Below, piece by piece: positions 49,895 through 59,617 of a stretch of 64,000 bases of DNA. The position numbers were made by a program, and so were the translations under genes. The notes below the pieces were generated by a model. It was not told where the DNA came from, searched no databases, and saw nothing but the letters and a program-made list of their open reading frames with translations. The DNA is from a virus. The stretch spans positions 37,704-101,703 of IMG/VR virus record IMGVR_UViG_3300032285_003393. One strand, written 5' to 3'. Position 1 is the stretch's first letter. Each line of letters starts with the position of its first letter.

Positions 49895-50722
49895 TTATGC
49901 TATGGTTACTCCTGAAATGTTAAATGTAACTGCGGGGTGTGAAGCTGTTCCTACTATATTCTTTGTAGCTGCCACCACTTGCTTAAGATCAAAAAATGCT
50001 GTTGAGTTTGGATTAAGTGTTTGTTGATAGTTTGTATTAAACTGATCAAGAACAAGAGAAAATGTTTGAGGGGCAGACGTTGGATTAGAAACCAAGATGT
50101 TTGTAGCAATTGCTGTAGTTGCTGAAGCAACCTGATAAATTTGAGGATATTTTCCTACTGCTGCTGTTGTTGATGTAACTGCAGTTGTTGCTGCTGTTTG
50201 AGTAGATACAGAATAAGAAAATGTTGTTGTAGTTGGAACTGCAATAACTTGAACCTGTAATCCATCATAAATAGTATCACCAATTGTTACTGCTACTAGA
50301 TCTCCCACCACAAAACCGTGAGCAGATGCGGTAGTAAGAGTTGCTACATAGTTTTGAACAACTTTATTTGAAACACCTTTACCAGATGCTGCTGCACCTG
50401 TTGCTCCAACTCCATATAGATAAGATATTCCATTTGGAGATACTGCTGCAGAAGTTACGTTAGTTGCTGTTTTTGCATAGTTAAATGTATAAGCACCAGT
50501 TGTACCTCCAACTGCACATACTACAAATGATCCATCAAATGTGGAGTCTACACCTGTAACTGTGACAATTGAACCTACTGCAAATGGATTTGCTCCACCT
50601 GTAGCGTTTGTAGTAATTGTTGCTACGTTTGATGTTAATGCTTTGTTGGTAATTGAAGAAATTGTTGGTGTTACACCAAGAAGGGGATTACCTCTATATA
50701 ATGATACTGCGGTTGTTGCCAT
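49895..50722 (-). CDS. Virion protein with two repeated beta domains
   Basis: NKALTSNVATIT...VTVTGVDSTFDG and NKVVQNYVATLTT..HGFVVGD units. Confidence 0.6.
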   Translation of the reverse strand: MATTAVSLYRGNPLLGVTPTISSITNKALTSNVATITTNATGGANPFAVGSIVTVTGVDSTFDGSFVVCAVGGTTGAYTFNYAKTATNVTSAAVSPNGISYLYGVGATGAAASGKGVSNKVVQNYVATLTTASAHGFVVGDLVAVTIGDTIYDGLQVQVIAVPTTTTFSYSVSTQTAATTAVTSTTAAVGKYPQIYQVASATTAIATNILVSNPTSAPQTFSLVLDQFNTNYQQTLNPNSTAFFDLKQVVAATKNIVGTASHPAVTFNISGVTIA

Positions 50723-50829
50723 TAGCTATACGCTCCCATGATTACAAGGAGCTCAATGTCTTTACCATTAATTTGGATTTGGCCACCAGTCTGGATGCCA
50801 TTTTTTACTTTAAAGTCTGTATCTGCCAT
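50722..50829 (-). CDS. 35-aa fibre-motif mini-protein
   Basis: Hand translation MADTDFKVKNGIQTGGQIQINGKDIELLVIMGAYS; upstream TGCTATAAT and AAGGGGA; TAATG coupling to next gene. Confidence 0.6.
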   Translation of the reverse strand: MADTDFKVKNGIQTGGQIQINGKDIELLVIMGAYS

Positions 50830-50894
50830 ATTGGTTCACTGTCCCCTTTACGTTATGAGTTTATTATAGCATATAGTTTGCACGATACAAACTA

Positions 50895-52379
50895 TTACCA
50901 AGCACCCATAATATCCATAATTTTAACTTCGTCTGCAAGCATTGCTAGTGTTACAGAATTTGCTGCTGGTGTGCTTGAAGGGTGAACGTGATCTGCTCTT
51001 GCAGGTATTGTTGAGATTCCAGCTGATGCCGTTCCAGATGTTGAGCCTACAGTTGAAGAAAGCAATGAACCAGCAAGTCCAGATGCAGAAATTGTTGATG
51101 TGGTAGAAAATGCTCCTGCTCCAGAAAGAGTTGCTATATTTGTGTTTCCCGCATACCATTTAAAAGATGAAGTTGAACTATCAATAGATTGCCAGAAAAC
51201 CCCACTATCTATACCTAATGCATAGTCAGCTGCTGATGTAGCTAGAGAAGGATATAAAACAATTTTAGTTCCTACTGAACGAGTTAAAACTGCAGGAGCA
51301 GCTAATCCTGTACTATTAAATTCAAGTCTATTGCTTGTTGCACCATTTAAATAAATTTGTCCGTTACCAGTAACATCAGTTCCTGTAAGAGTAGATATTA
51401 TTCGTCCATTAAATGTTGTTGTTCCATTAAGAGCAATTGTAGGTGTTGTTCCAGCGGTAGTTCCAATATTAATTGTTGTAATAGAACCAGTTGAACCATT
51501 TGTACCAATATTAATTGCTTTAGTTCCAGATGTTGTAGCACCTGTAAGAATATTTACAGTTCCTGCTGTCGCTGTTCCCGTTCCACCCAAAGTTAGCGTT
51601 CCAGATGTTATGGCTCCACCAATTTGAATTGTTCCAGTAGTCAATCCTGTATTCCAAAGTGCTGCAGTTCCAGTAGTAGTTAAAGATGTATTTACAGTAT
51701 CAATTACAGGAGTTGTAATAGTTGGAGATGATCCAGTTATAATAGTTCCTGATGAAGGTAATGTTGCACCATTAATAGATGTTACTCCAGGAAGGGAAGT
51801 GATTGTTCCTGTACCAGCATTTATTGCAATTGCTTGTGTGCCAATATAAAATGTTTGATTATTTAATGGAACAGTCCCAGTTGTTGCAGGAAGCGTAATT
51901 GTAGTTCCATCAGTTCCCGCTAAAGTAATAGTATTTGATACTGTTAAAGTTTTAGAAGTAGTTCCTCCAGCAATAGAAAAACCTGTGGCAAGAGCAGTTT
52001 CAGTAAGTGGGGGAGTATATGTAGATCCAGATCCAACTCCTCCATTTGCCAACAAATATTGACTTGAAGTTCCACCTGGAATTGCAAAACCTGAAGCAGT
52101 TACTGTTGATGGAACTGCTAAAGCTCCTGAATCTGTAAGATCAAACAGTGTAGTTGTATATCCACTATTTACAATTTGTAAACTACCCGTTGAGTTTATT
52201 CTAAAATATTTATTTGGATTTGTAGCAGAGCCATATGTATTAGTTGCTTCAAGAAATCCATGATACCCAGTTCCGCCACGTTGATTATATCCAGTAGCTT
52301 TAATACTAGAGTTTGACCCATCACCACCTGTAACAACAACAATGGGTATATTTGCATTGGCTAAAAATTTCTTTGTCAT
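50895..52379 (-). CDS. Tail fibre-like protein
   Basis: Thr/Gly-rich, MTKKFL N-terminus, ARADHVHP motif. Confidence 0.7.
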   Translation of the reverse strand: MTKKFLANANIPIVVVTGGDGSNSSIKATGYNQRGGTGYHGFLEATNTYGSATNPNKYFRINSTGSLQIVNSGYTTTLFDLTDSGALAVPSTVTASGFAIPGGTSSQYLLANGGVGSGSTYTPPLTETALATGFSIAGGTTSKTLTVSNTITLAGTDGTTITLPATTGTVPLNNQTFYIGTQAIAINAGTGTITSLPGVTSINGATLPSSGTIITGSSPTITTPVIDTVNTSLTTTGTAALWNTGLTTGTIQIGGAITSGTLTLGGTGTATAGTVNILTGATTSGTKAINIGTNGSTGSITTINIGTTAGTTPTIALNGTTTFNGRIISTLTGTDVTGNGQIYLNGATSNRLEFNSTGLAAPAVLTRSVGTKIVLYPSLATSAADYALGIDSGVFWQSIDSSTSSFKWYAGNTNIATLSGAGAFSTTSTISASGLAGSLLSSTVGSTSGTASAGISTIPARADHVHPSSTPAANSVTLAMLADEVKIMDIMGAW

Positions 52380-52400
52380 ATCACTCCTATTATACCATTT

Positions 52401-52431
52401 GGGGGATTAGGGATATATTCCCTAACCCCCC
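52401..52431 (-). terminator. GC-rich stem-loop after the long fibre gene
   Basis: 13-bp stem with one G-U pair on the minus strand, 5-nt loop; no U-tract. Confidence 0.6.
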
Positions 52432-52455
52432 GTATCAATTATATTATCTTTTCAA

Positions 52456-55400
52456 TTATCCAACTACAACTACGTTGTAAGTTGTGGTATTTGCAGGAGC
52501 AGTAGCAAAAGTTACTCTTACCTGCGTTGTTGAAATTCTATTAATATCAACCTCAACCTCATCATATTGTGTATCTGGACCTGCTGAAGTTTGATAAACT
52601 TGGCAAGAAATATCACGAGTTCCAAGACTGTGAGTTAATGTAAACGCTGTTGTTGTATTATCTCCAGTAATTGTTCCTGTATACTTCTGAGCTGGAGTTC
52701 CAGACAAAGAGATTGTTGCTGCAGCAGAACCGTTATATGTAGTTGTGCTGATTGTTAATCCAGTTCCTGCAGAAAGGTTAAATAGATTTGAACCTAGTGC
52801 AACTCCAGAAATCGTGCTATTTGCAAGTTGAGTATTACTAATACCTGCAGACTTTACAGCTACCGCACCAGTTGTTACTGTGAATGTATTTGTATCAAAT
52901 GATGCAATACCCTTTACAGTAGTTGTTGCATCTCTAACATCCGCAGAGACTGTTCCAGTAACACGACCATATGAATCTACAGTATGTGATTGAACAAAAT
53001 TAATTCCTGCAGTTCCTGTTGTATTTGTTTGGGATACTGTTGCAAGATCAATGCTATCTGGGTTGATAACAATTCTTCCAGAGTTTGCTGTAGTAACGTT
53101 GAAGATATTACCGCTTCTTGTTAAACCGTCACCAGCTGTAATATCTGATGCTCCTGAGAATTGTGACCAGTTAACTGCTGATGTACCAACAGTGGTTATT
53201 ACTGAAGTAATAATCCATCCTTGACCACCATTTGCAGTACCATTTACTACATAAGTAAGATCTCCTTGGCCGAGCTCTGGAGTTTGATCATTATCAGTTG
53301 CACGAGTAAATACAAACGATGTAGTATTTCCAATTGCACCAACAGAAGTTACTGTATATATACCATTTTGTAACGCTGCTGCTTGATTCTTAATCAAGAC
53401 TCTATCATTAACAGTTAATGATTGGCCATCAATTGTAATAGCAGTCCAGTTAGTTGATGTTGCTATTGTTAAAGTAGCTCCAACACCTAAAGTTCCATTT
53501 GCATAAGTTGTTGTTATCGTTCCGCCAACTAAGTTACCTGCTGTACCAAGTGCTGCTGTAGTTGCATATAGAACTGCATCATGAGCATTTACTCCAGATG
53601 CTATTCCATCAACATAAGACTTTGTAGCAACGTCTGTTGAGTTTGTAGTTGTTCCAGAAAGCGTAATCATTGTTGCAGAGAAGTTGCCAGAAGCATCACG
53701 CTGAACAATTGCACTATTTGTATTATTGCTTGTAGCAGTTGTCCATGTTGGGGTAGATGCTCCAGCGGATGTTAATACCTGACCAGATGTCCCTGCAGAT
53801 GTAAATGCATAAGCAGTTCCAGTTCCTACCGCTACAGCTCCTGCTGTTGGAGTAGCAGAACCGTTTGTACCACCCTTTGCAATTGAAAGAGTAGTAATTG
53901 CTGGTTCGTATGCTGTAGAAGCAGTAAATGCTGCAGAACCAAGTGTTCCACCTGCACCAATATTAAGTGTGCTTCCATCTGTTCCAGCTAATGTTAGCGT
54001 ATTGCTAACTGTTAATGTTTTAGAAGTTGTTCCGCCCGCAATTGTAAATCCCGTTGCTCCAGCGGTTAACGTTAAACCATTAAATGTTGTAGAAGTAAGA
54101 TTACCTGTTGAAGGGGTAAATGTAAGTTTTGTGGATGTAGTCTTCTGTGGAAGGTTTCCAGTATTTGCTGTTACCCATGTTGGATACACAGCAGAAGAAG
54201 TTGCTGTATCTTCTGTAATTGCTGTATTGGTTGCATTTGTTGCAGAACCCACAGAAAGTGAAGATTGGTTCGTCCAGCTTGGAGCTGCAGCTCCACCAGA
54301 AAGAAGAACTTGGTTAGAAGTTCCTGCTGCTGATATCGCAAGAGCAGAAGATCCAGAGTAAACAATTCCGCCATTTACTGCTGTAAGGTTAGCATTTGTA
54401 CCACCTTGTGCAAGTGTTGCTTGTCCGCTAAATCCTGTGATTGAAGAATCGGTAAATGCAATTGTTTTACGAACTGTTGATGGGCTAAAGTAAAGGTTAG
54501 TTCCATCAAATTCCATTGCTCCCGCAACAACTGCTGTTGTATTTGTTCCTGAAACAAATTTAAGTGGAGCGTTAGATGTTGATCCTGTAGGAAGAGTTAC
54601 TGTTCCTGTAAATGTTGGGGAAGCAGAGAAAACAAGAGTTCCGCTTCCAGTTTCATCAGTAATAGCTGATGCTAAGTTTGCAGATGTTGGAGTTGCAAGG
54701 AATGTAGCAATACCTGTTCCAAGTCCTGACACTCCAGTAGAGATAGGAACAGTAACTGTTCCACTTCCGCCTAGTGATATTGATGTTCCGTTTACTGTTA
54801 CAGAAGAGTTTGCAAGCATTGTATTTGTAACAGTTGCTGAATCTCCTGTTGTAATTACTGTACCAGTTGTTGCTGGCAAAGTGATTGTTGTTGAACCAGC
54901 TGTTGCTGATGCTTTAAGATTTGTTGTTCCCGATGTTGAACCTGAGAAGTTTGCTCCACCTCCACCAATTGTTGGTGTTGTGAGTGATGGGCTTGTTGCA
55001 AATACTAATAAGCCTGTACCAGTTTCATCAGATACTGCTGATAATAAGTTAGCAGAAGAAGGAGTTGCTAAAAATGTCGCTACTCCAGTACCTAATCCTG
55101 TGATTCCAGTGCTTACTGGTACTTGAATTGTAATGTTGGCAGTACCATCAAAAGATACTCCATTAATAGTTCTTGCTGTTTGCAAAGCAGTTGCTGTTGA
55201 AGCATTTCCTGTAATGCTTGAATCTGTAAATGCAATTGTCTTTGTAGCAGTTCCGTTATAGAATTTTAGTGTTCCTGTATTATTCCAAGCATCTCCAGAT
55301 GCTGGTGTAGTTGGGTCTGATCCAGTAGGAATGTTAATTGCTGCTGCAGAAGTTGTAGATGCAGTAAGAGTTGTCTTACCTGGTAGAGTTACATTTGTAG

Positions 55401-55695
55401 GGAGGGATAATGTAATTGTACTTGATGCTGCATTAACGGCAATCTGATTTGAAGTTCCCGCAATTGTGACTGCTCCAGTTAGAGAGTTAAGAGAAGAGAC
55501 TGCAGTTGACCCTGATGTAAGAGCAACCCAGTTTCCTGTACCTGCTGCGGTTGAATAGTATAGAGTTGAGTTACCAGTATTGTAATAGAGTTGTCCTGAT
55601 GCTGACGCACTTGGAGCTGATGCAGCTGATTGCTGCCTTGCGTTGATAAGTTGATTACCACCTAAATCAACGTTTACTAAAAATTTCTTTGACAT
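52456..55695 (-). CDS. Long tail fibre protein
   Basis: MSKKFLVNVDL, TARTINGVSFDGTANI, DVATKSYVD, DRVLIKNQ...NGIY, HSLGTRD fibre modules. Confidence 0.8.
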   Translation of the reverse strand: MSKKFLVNVDLGGNQLINARQQSAASAPSASASGQLYYNTGNSTLYYSTAAGTGNWVALTSGSTAVSSLNSLTGAVTIAGTSNQIAVNAASSTITLSLPTNVTLPGKTTLTASTTSAAAINIPTGSDPTTPASGDAWNNTGTLKFYNGTATKTIAFTDSSITGNASTATALQTARTINGVSFDGTANITIQVPVSTGITGLGTGVATFLATPSSANLLSAVSDETGTGLLVFATSPSLTTPTIGGGGANFSGSTSGTTNLKASATAGSTTITLPATTGTVITTGDSATVTNTMLANSSVTVNGTSISLGGSGTVTVPISTGVSGLGTGIATFLATPTSANLASAITDETGSGTLVFSASPTFTGTVTLPTGSTSNAPLKFVSGTNTTAVVAGAMEFDGTNLYFSPSTVRKTIAFTDSSITGFSGQATLAQGGTNANLTAVNGGIVYSGSSALAISAAGTSNQVLLSGGAAAPSWTNQSSLSVGSATNATNTAITEDTATSSAVYPTWVTANTGNLPQKTTSTKLTFTPSTGNLTSTTFNGLTLTAGATGFTIAGGTTSKTLTVSNTLTLAGTDGSTLNIGAGGTLGSAAFTASTAYEPAITTLSIAKGGTNGSATPTAGAVAVGTGTAYAFTSAGTSGQVLTSAGASTPTWTTATSNNTNSAIVQRDASGNFSATMITLSGTTTNSTDVATKSYVDGIASGVNAHDAVLYATTAALGTAGNLVGGTITTTYANGTLGVGATLTIATSTNWTAITIDGQSLTVNDRVLIKNQAAALQNGIYTVTSVGAIGNTTSFVFTRATDNDQTPELGQGDLTYVVNGTANGGQGWIITSVITTVGTSAVNWSQFSGASDITAGDGLTRSGNIFNVTTANSGRIVINPDSIDLATVSQTNTTGTAGINFVQSHTVDSYGRVTGTVSADVRDATTTVKGIASFDTNTFTVTTGAVAVKSAGISNTQLANSTISGVALGSNLFNLSAGTGLTISTTTYNGSAAATISLSGTPAQKYTGTITGDNTTTAFTLTHSLGTRDISCQVYQTSAGPDTQYDEVEVDINRISTTQVRVTFATAPANTTTYNVVVVG

Positions 55696-55711
55696 TTATA
55701 TTTCTCCCTTT

Positions 55712-56062
55712 TTAGGATAGATAAGCGTAACCAGATACAGGAACTGAAAATGTTAATATAACATCAGTACTATCTATGTACTCTATACTTCCTTCTATTG
55801 TATTTTGCCCATAATCCTGTATTGTAATCGCAGGATGATACCCAAGATTATGGTTAATATTCCATGTAGCTGATTCAGATTGTTGCTCATATCTAAAAGA
55901 TCCTCCAGATGTACCTGCTGGTCCTGTTGATCCTGTTTGCCCAGTTGCGCCTGTATCGCCTTTTGCGCCTTGAGTGCCCTTTGTAGCGACAGTGACTTTG
56001 TTAGTCTTCTGTGTTACATTGACTTTTTCTGTTTTCTGAATAACTGTTACTTTTTCAGCCAT
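55712..56062 (-). CDS. Short collagen-like fibre protein
   Basis: Gly-X-Y run GTQGAKGDTGATGQTGSTGPAG, then WNINHNLG domain. Confidence 0.7.
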   Translation of the reverse strand: MAEKVTVIQKTEKVNVTQKTNKVTVATKGTQGAKGDTGATGQTGSTGPAGTSGGSFRYEQQSESATWNINHNLGYHPAITIQDYGQNTIEGSIEYIDSTDVILTFSVPVSGYAYLS

Positions 56063-56418
56063 TAATTTATAACTCCTGCATCTACGTTAAACCAGCCTCT
56101 GTGAATAGTTGTTGCTATCCCGCCAGAGCTGATAGTTTGTAATTGAAATGCACTTTTAGGAAAAACAAATTTTTTTGTTTTTGCTGGACTAATATTAACT
56201 GTAAATTTTCCATTTACCGAACTAGTTACAGTAACACCATCACCTATAGTGCAGGAAGCACAAAGAATTTTTCCACCTGGTTTGTCTTTTACTTCCATAA
56301 TAATTTGATATCCTTGAAGATTTATTGGTTGTGCAGGATCTGAATCGTCAGTTAATTCAAAATCAAGGACAAAAGAATCGCCCTGGATTACATCATAATT
56401 CTTTTCTTGTATAGCCAC
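56062..56418 (-). CDS. BppU-N-like / baseplate adaptor domain protein
   Basis: IQGDSF, PINLQGY, GKFTVNISP, C-terminal GWFNV; GTG start. Confidence 0.6.
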   Translation of the reverse strand: MAIQEKNYDVIQGDSFVLDFELTDDSDPAQPINLQGYQIIMEVKDKPGGKILCASCTIGDGVTVTSSVNGKFTVNISPAKTKKFVFPKSAFQLQTISSGGIATTIHRGWFNVDAGVIN

Positions 56419-56480
56419 AAATCACCCCAAATGATTATCAAATTGTAGTATGATTATAGCATTTAATTTTGCAAAAACAT

Positions 56481-56515
56481 AGAAAAGTCCCGCTTGCATA
56501 GCAGAGGCGGGACTT
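56481..56515 (-). terminator. Intrinsic terminator after RNR
   Basis: AAGUCCCGC...GCGGGACUU stem followed by a U-rich tail on the minus strand. Confidence 0.85.
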
Positions 56516-56530
56516 ATCAATATAATTCTA

Positions 56531-58465
56531 CTAGTTAGCACCAATATCTACAATTTCACATTCTCCAGATACACATGCTAAGGCTTGAGTGCCTGTTGTT
56601 GAATCTTCTAACTCGTATAGAGACAGATTCTTCCAATCAATGCTTTTTGGCATTTTTTCAACCATCTCTAGATACTGCTCTCTTGAAACTTCTTGGTACG
56701 GAGCCTGTACATATGTGTGTTCTGAGTAAGGGAGGAAAGAAATTCCAGATACCTCATCAAAATGCTTATATACCCATGCTCCAACTTCCATCCATTCATC
56801 TTCCTTTACAGATACTGTAATTGAAGGCTTATGCTCACACCAATGTCGCTGGTATACAAGCCATACTTCTAATTGCTGAATTGCAGTTAGCTTATCTCTT
56901 GTAATAGCATTTGATGGAGCTTTCACGGGAAATGAAAATACTGTTGTATCATTTGGCTTCATAACGTCATCTTCTGATGGAATACCCGCATCCTTTAAGA
57001 ATTGAGTAATTGGATCTTTCTTGTCCCCACGGACTGTGCGAATATAGTAATCTGAATGCCAAGCATGCATTCCTGAAGAAACCCCGACCAATTGGGAAAC
57101 TGTACCCGAAGGCTTAACACAAGTTACTGCTGCTGAGGCGGGAATCCCAATTTTCTCTGCCTCTTCAATGTTTACATATACTGCCCATTGACGAAGATTA
57201 CTTAGAATATCTCCAAGCTCTTCTAATCCTTCTTGCCCAGAGAAAAACTTATGTCCAAATTGTCCTGTTAAAGAAACTCCAAGTAATCTTTCTTCTTCTG
57301 TGTTATCTTTCCAAATCTTACGAATATACTTAAAGTCAGTAAGAGTTGATTGCCATGTTCCTAGAATTGAAGCAAGACGAACTTTATTTGTAACATCTTC
57401 AACTGTGTCTTCTTCACGCAATACAACTTCTGAAAGATTACAGAATTGATATGGACGAAGAATAATCTCAGAACAAGGATTAGTTCCATAATGAATGTCT
57501 GGGCTTCTACGACCAAACTTTGCTGCTTGCTTTTGAGCTGCTGCAACATTATAGATTCCACGTTCTCCTGACTTTGAATCATAAAGAGATTTCCACTCTG
57601 CAATAAATTGAGCCATTTCTGGTTTACGAGAATATGCTACAGAGTTATTTGACAATGCACGTTGTGAGTTTGATTCCCACCAGTTACCCGCCTTTGCTGC
57701 TGCCATTTCAATATCATTAATATTTGAAAGCGAAATCATAGCAGAACGACGAACTCCACCAACAACTACAACTTCTCCGATTTTACACATTATGTCATGT
57801 GCTTCAATTGGCTTTAGTTGACGACCAAGTGCTCCTTTAAAAACTTGAATTGTAAAATCAAAAAGATTTACAAGTGGTTGTGGCCCTGAAGATCTACCAC
57901 CCATAGTTTTAAGACGTGCACCAGAAGGACGAACCTTACTAATATCAATCTGAGGAATTTGTCCTGCCCAAAGCAATCCTAGAAGTTCACGATAAGCTTT
58001 TGCCCATCCCTCCTTAGAATCACCAACTGTAATTGTTGTTTCTGACTTTTCAAGTTTTTCTGGAAGTGCTGGGAGCTTGTTAATGTACTTATATTCAACA
58101 GAGAATCCTACTCCTGTTCCACACATCAAGATATACATTGCTTCATCAAATGATCTAGCACTATCTACTGGCATAAATGCACAGTTATAACCTGAAACAT
58201 TTTCTCTTTCAAGTGCAGCACCTGCTGTCATAACAGAACGCATTGAAGGCATTACATTGCGATTAAACACTGCATCCTTCAACTCGTTAAGAATTTTATC
58301 ACTTGGAACATATCCATGCTTTTCACGCAATTGGATAACCATAAAGTTAAAGTAACGATCTACAGTTTCTTTCCAAGTTTCTCTTCTCCCCTCATCTTCA
58401 AGCCATCTTGCATAGCGAGACAAAGCGATAAAGTTTTCATATGGATTTTCAATAGAACCGTTCAT
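56531..58465 (-). CDS. nrdJ: Class II (adenosylcobalamin-dependent) ribonucleotide reductase
   Basis: YNCAF, GGVRRSA, GTNPCSEI, FCNLSE, TCVKPSGT, C-terminal ACVSGEC; no small subunit gene nearby. Confidence 0.93.
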   Translation of the reverse strand: MNGSIENPYENFIALSRYARWLEDEGRRETWKETVDRYFNFMVIQLREKHGYVPSDKILNELKDAVFNRNVMPSMRSVMTAGAALERENVSGYNCAFMPVDSARSFDEAMYILMCGTGVGFSVEYKYINKLPALPEKLEKSETTITVGDSKEGWAKAYRELLGLLWAGQIPQIDISKVRPSGARLKTMGGRSSGPQPLVNLFDFTIQVFKGALGRQLKPIEAHDIMCKIGEVVVVGGVRRSAMISLSNINDIEMAAAKAGNWWESNSQRALSNNSVAYSRKPEMAQFIAEWKSLYDSKSGERGIYNVAAAQKQAAKFGRRSPDIHYGTNPCSEIILRPYQFCNLSEVVLREEDTVEDVTNKVRLASILGTWQSTLTDFKYIRKIWKDNTEEERLLGVSLTGQFGHKFFSGQEGLEELGDILSNLRQWAVYVNIEEAEKIGIPASAAVTCVKPSGTVSQLVGVSSGMHAWHSDYYIRTVRGDKKDPITQFLKDAGIPSEDDVMKPNDTTVFSFPVKAPSNAITRDKLTAIQQLEVWLVYQRHWCEHKPSITVSVKEDEWMEVGAWVYKHFDEVSGISFLPYSEHTYVQAPYQEVSREQYLEMVEKMPKSIDWKNLSLYELEDSTTGTQALACVSGECEIVDIGAN

Positions 58466-58540
58466 TTATTATTAAGACCTCTTTCAAATAGTATAGAGCA
58501 TAAGTTTACCACAGAAACTTTTCTAAATCTAAACTGGATA

Positions 58541-59542
58541 TTATTTTATGATATTTGCGTAAATTTGCTTTAATCTTGCTACTGCAGGTTTTGTAACTTC
58601 AATCCAGTCATACTCCCTATGCAATTCAAAAGCACTTCTAAAAGTTTTTTGTAAAATAGAATCATATTCTAAAACTGCATTTTGCATTTGTTCTTTTAAA
58701 TTTTCTTTTTCTGGTTTCATCATCATTCCTGGATGTATTTCTTGCCAAGGTGAATTCATATACCTTGAATCAACTCTCCAAGTTATGTATTTATAGTAAT
58801 CAGCCCAACCATCAGTTGATATAACTGGCATTCCAGAAGCTAGGGCTTGCATAGGTTGAAGCCCCCACCCTTCTCCCCATGAAGGATAAATGAATACATC
58901 ACAAAGTGCGTGAAGTCCAATCATTTGCTCGTTTGTTAAATAATTATCTATTGTAGTTATATTATCATATGCAGCAGCGGGGGAACTAAGAAAACCATAT
59001 TTAGGATCTTTTACTTTTACAGTATTCATACCATTAGACTTTAATACAAGTTTATAATCAGGGTTATTCCCATATAGTTCTATAAATGCTTCGGTAACAA
59101 GGTGAGCATCTTTTCTAGAGAATGGTTCACCAACATGTAAAAATGTAAATGGTTTATGGGAAGTTTTTCTAAGTGTTGGAATCCATTCTGAATTAATTCC
59201 ATGCTTGTAAACAAAAACATCTTTATTAAAAATATTTTTAAATATATCTGCAACCCAAGGTGAAGTTGCCCAAATTTCATTTCCACGCAAAATATTTTTT
59301 TGCCAGTCTGGATGTAATCCAGTACTTTCCCAAGCTGAATAGATTATCTTATAACTATTAGGATTATTAAACACATGACCATTAGGATGATCAAAAGAAA
59401 TTTCTATATCTGCATTTGGAGAATTAATTTCTACTTCAACACCAAGATGTTTAAATGAGTTATATATATTATATGCAGCTTGACCATAGCCTAAATTTGT
59501 ATCCATATTAGCAAATGCTGGTCCAGTTAATGATATTAGCAA
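58541..59542 (-). CDS. Glycosyltransferase family 4 (GT-B)
   Basis: GYG, WEST, FLHVG...RK, DVFIYPSWGEGWGLQPMQALASGMPVI. Confidence 0.88.
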   Translation of the reverse strand: MLISLTGPAFANMDTNLGYGQAAYNIYNSFKHLGVEVEINSPNADIEISFDHPNGHVFNNPNSYKIIYSAWESTGLHPDWQKNILRGNEIWATSPWVADIFKNIFNKDVFVYKHGINSEWIPTLRKTSHKPFTFLHVGEPFSRKDAHLVTEAFIELYGNNPDYKLVLKSNGMNTVKVKDPKYGFLSSPAAAYDNITTIDNYLTNEQMIGLHALCDVFIYPSWGEGWGLQPMQALASGMPVISTDGWADYYKYITWRVDSRYMNSPWQEIHPGMMMKPEKENLKEQMQNAVLEYDSILQKTFRSAFELHREYDWIEVTKPAVARLKQIYANIIK

Positions 59543-59562
59543 CTATGCTCCCTTGTTTTTCT

Positions 59563-59581
59563 TATTATATCATGCTACAAT
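59563..59581. promoter_or_regulatory. Overlapping divergent extended -10 promoters at the strand switch
   Basis: TGATATAAT on the minus strand and TGCTACAAT on the plus strand, back to back. Confidence 0.6.
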
Positions 59582-59617
59582 TATTCTTACCTGTCAGTAA
59601 AACGAGGAGGTAAGGGA

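Noticed and set aside
5599-58465. Inteins or introns in RecA, DnaE, DnaB or NrdJ
   Set aside because: Lengths are normal, motifs are contiguous, and no splice-junction or homing endonuclease signatures were seen
58466-58540. Cobalamin riboswitch upstream of nrdJ
   Set aside because: The gap is only about 75 bp, AT-rich, with no B12 box
57-58573. Many short plus-strand ORFs in the ORF track (e.g. 8920..9288, 26157..26567, 37479..37901, 53969..54361)
   Set aside because: They lie antisense to well-supported genes, have no RBS or motifs, and are explained by codon bias or repeats
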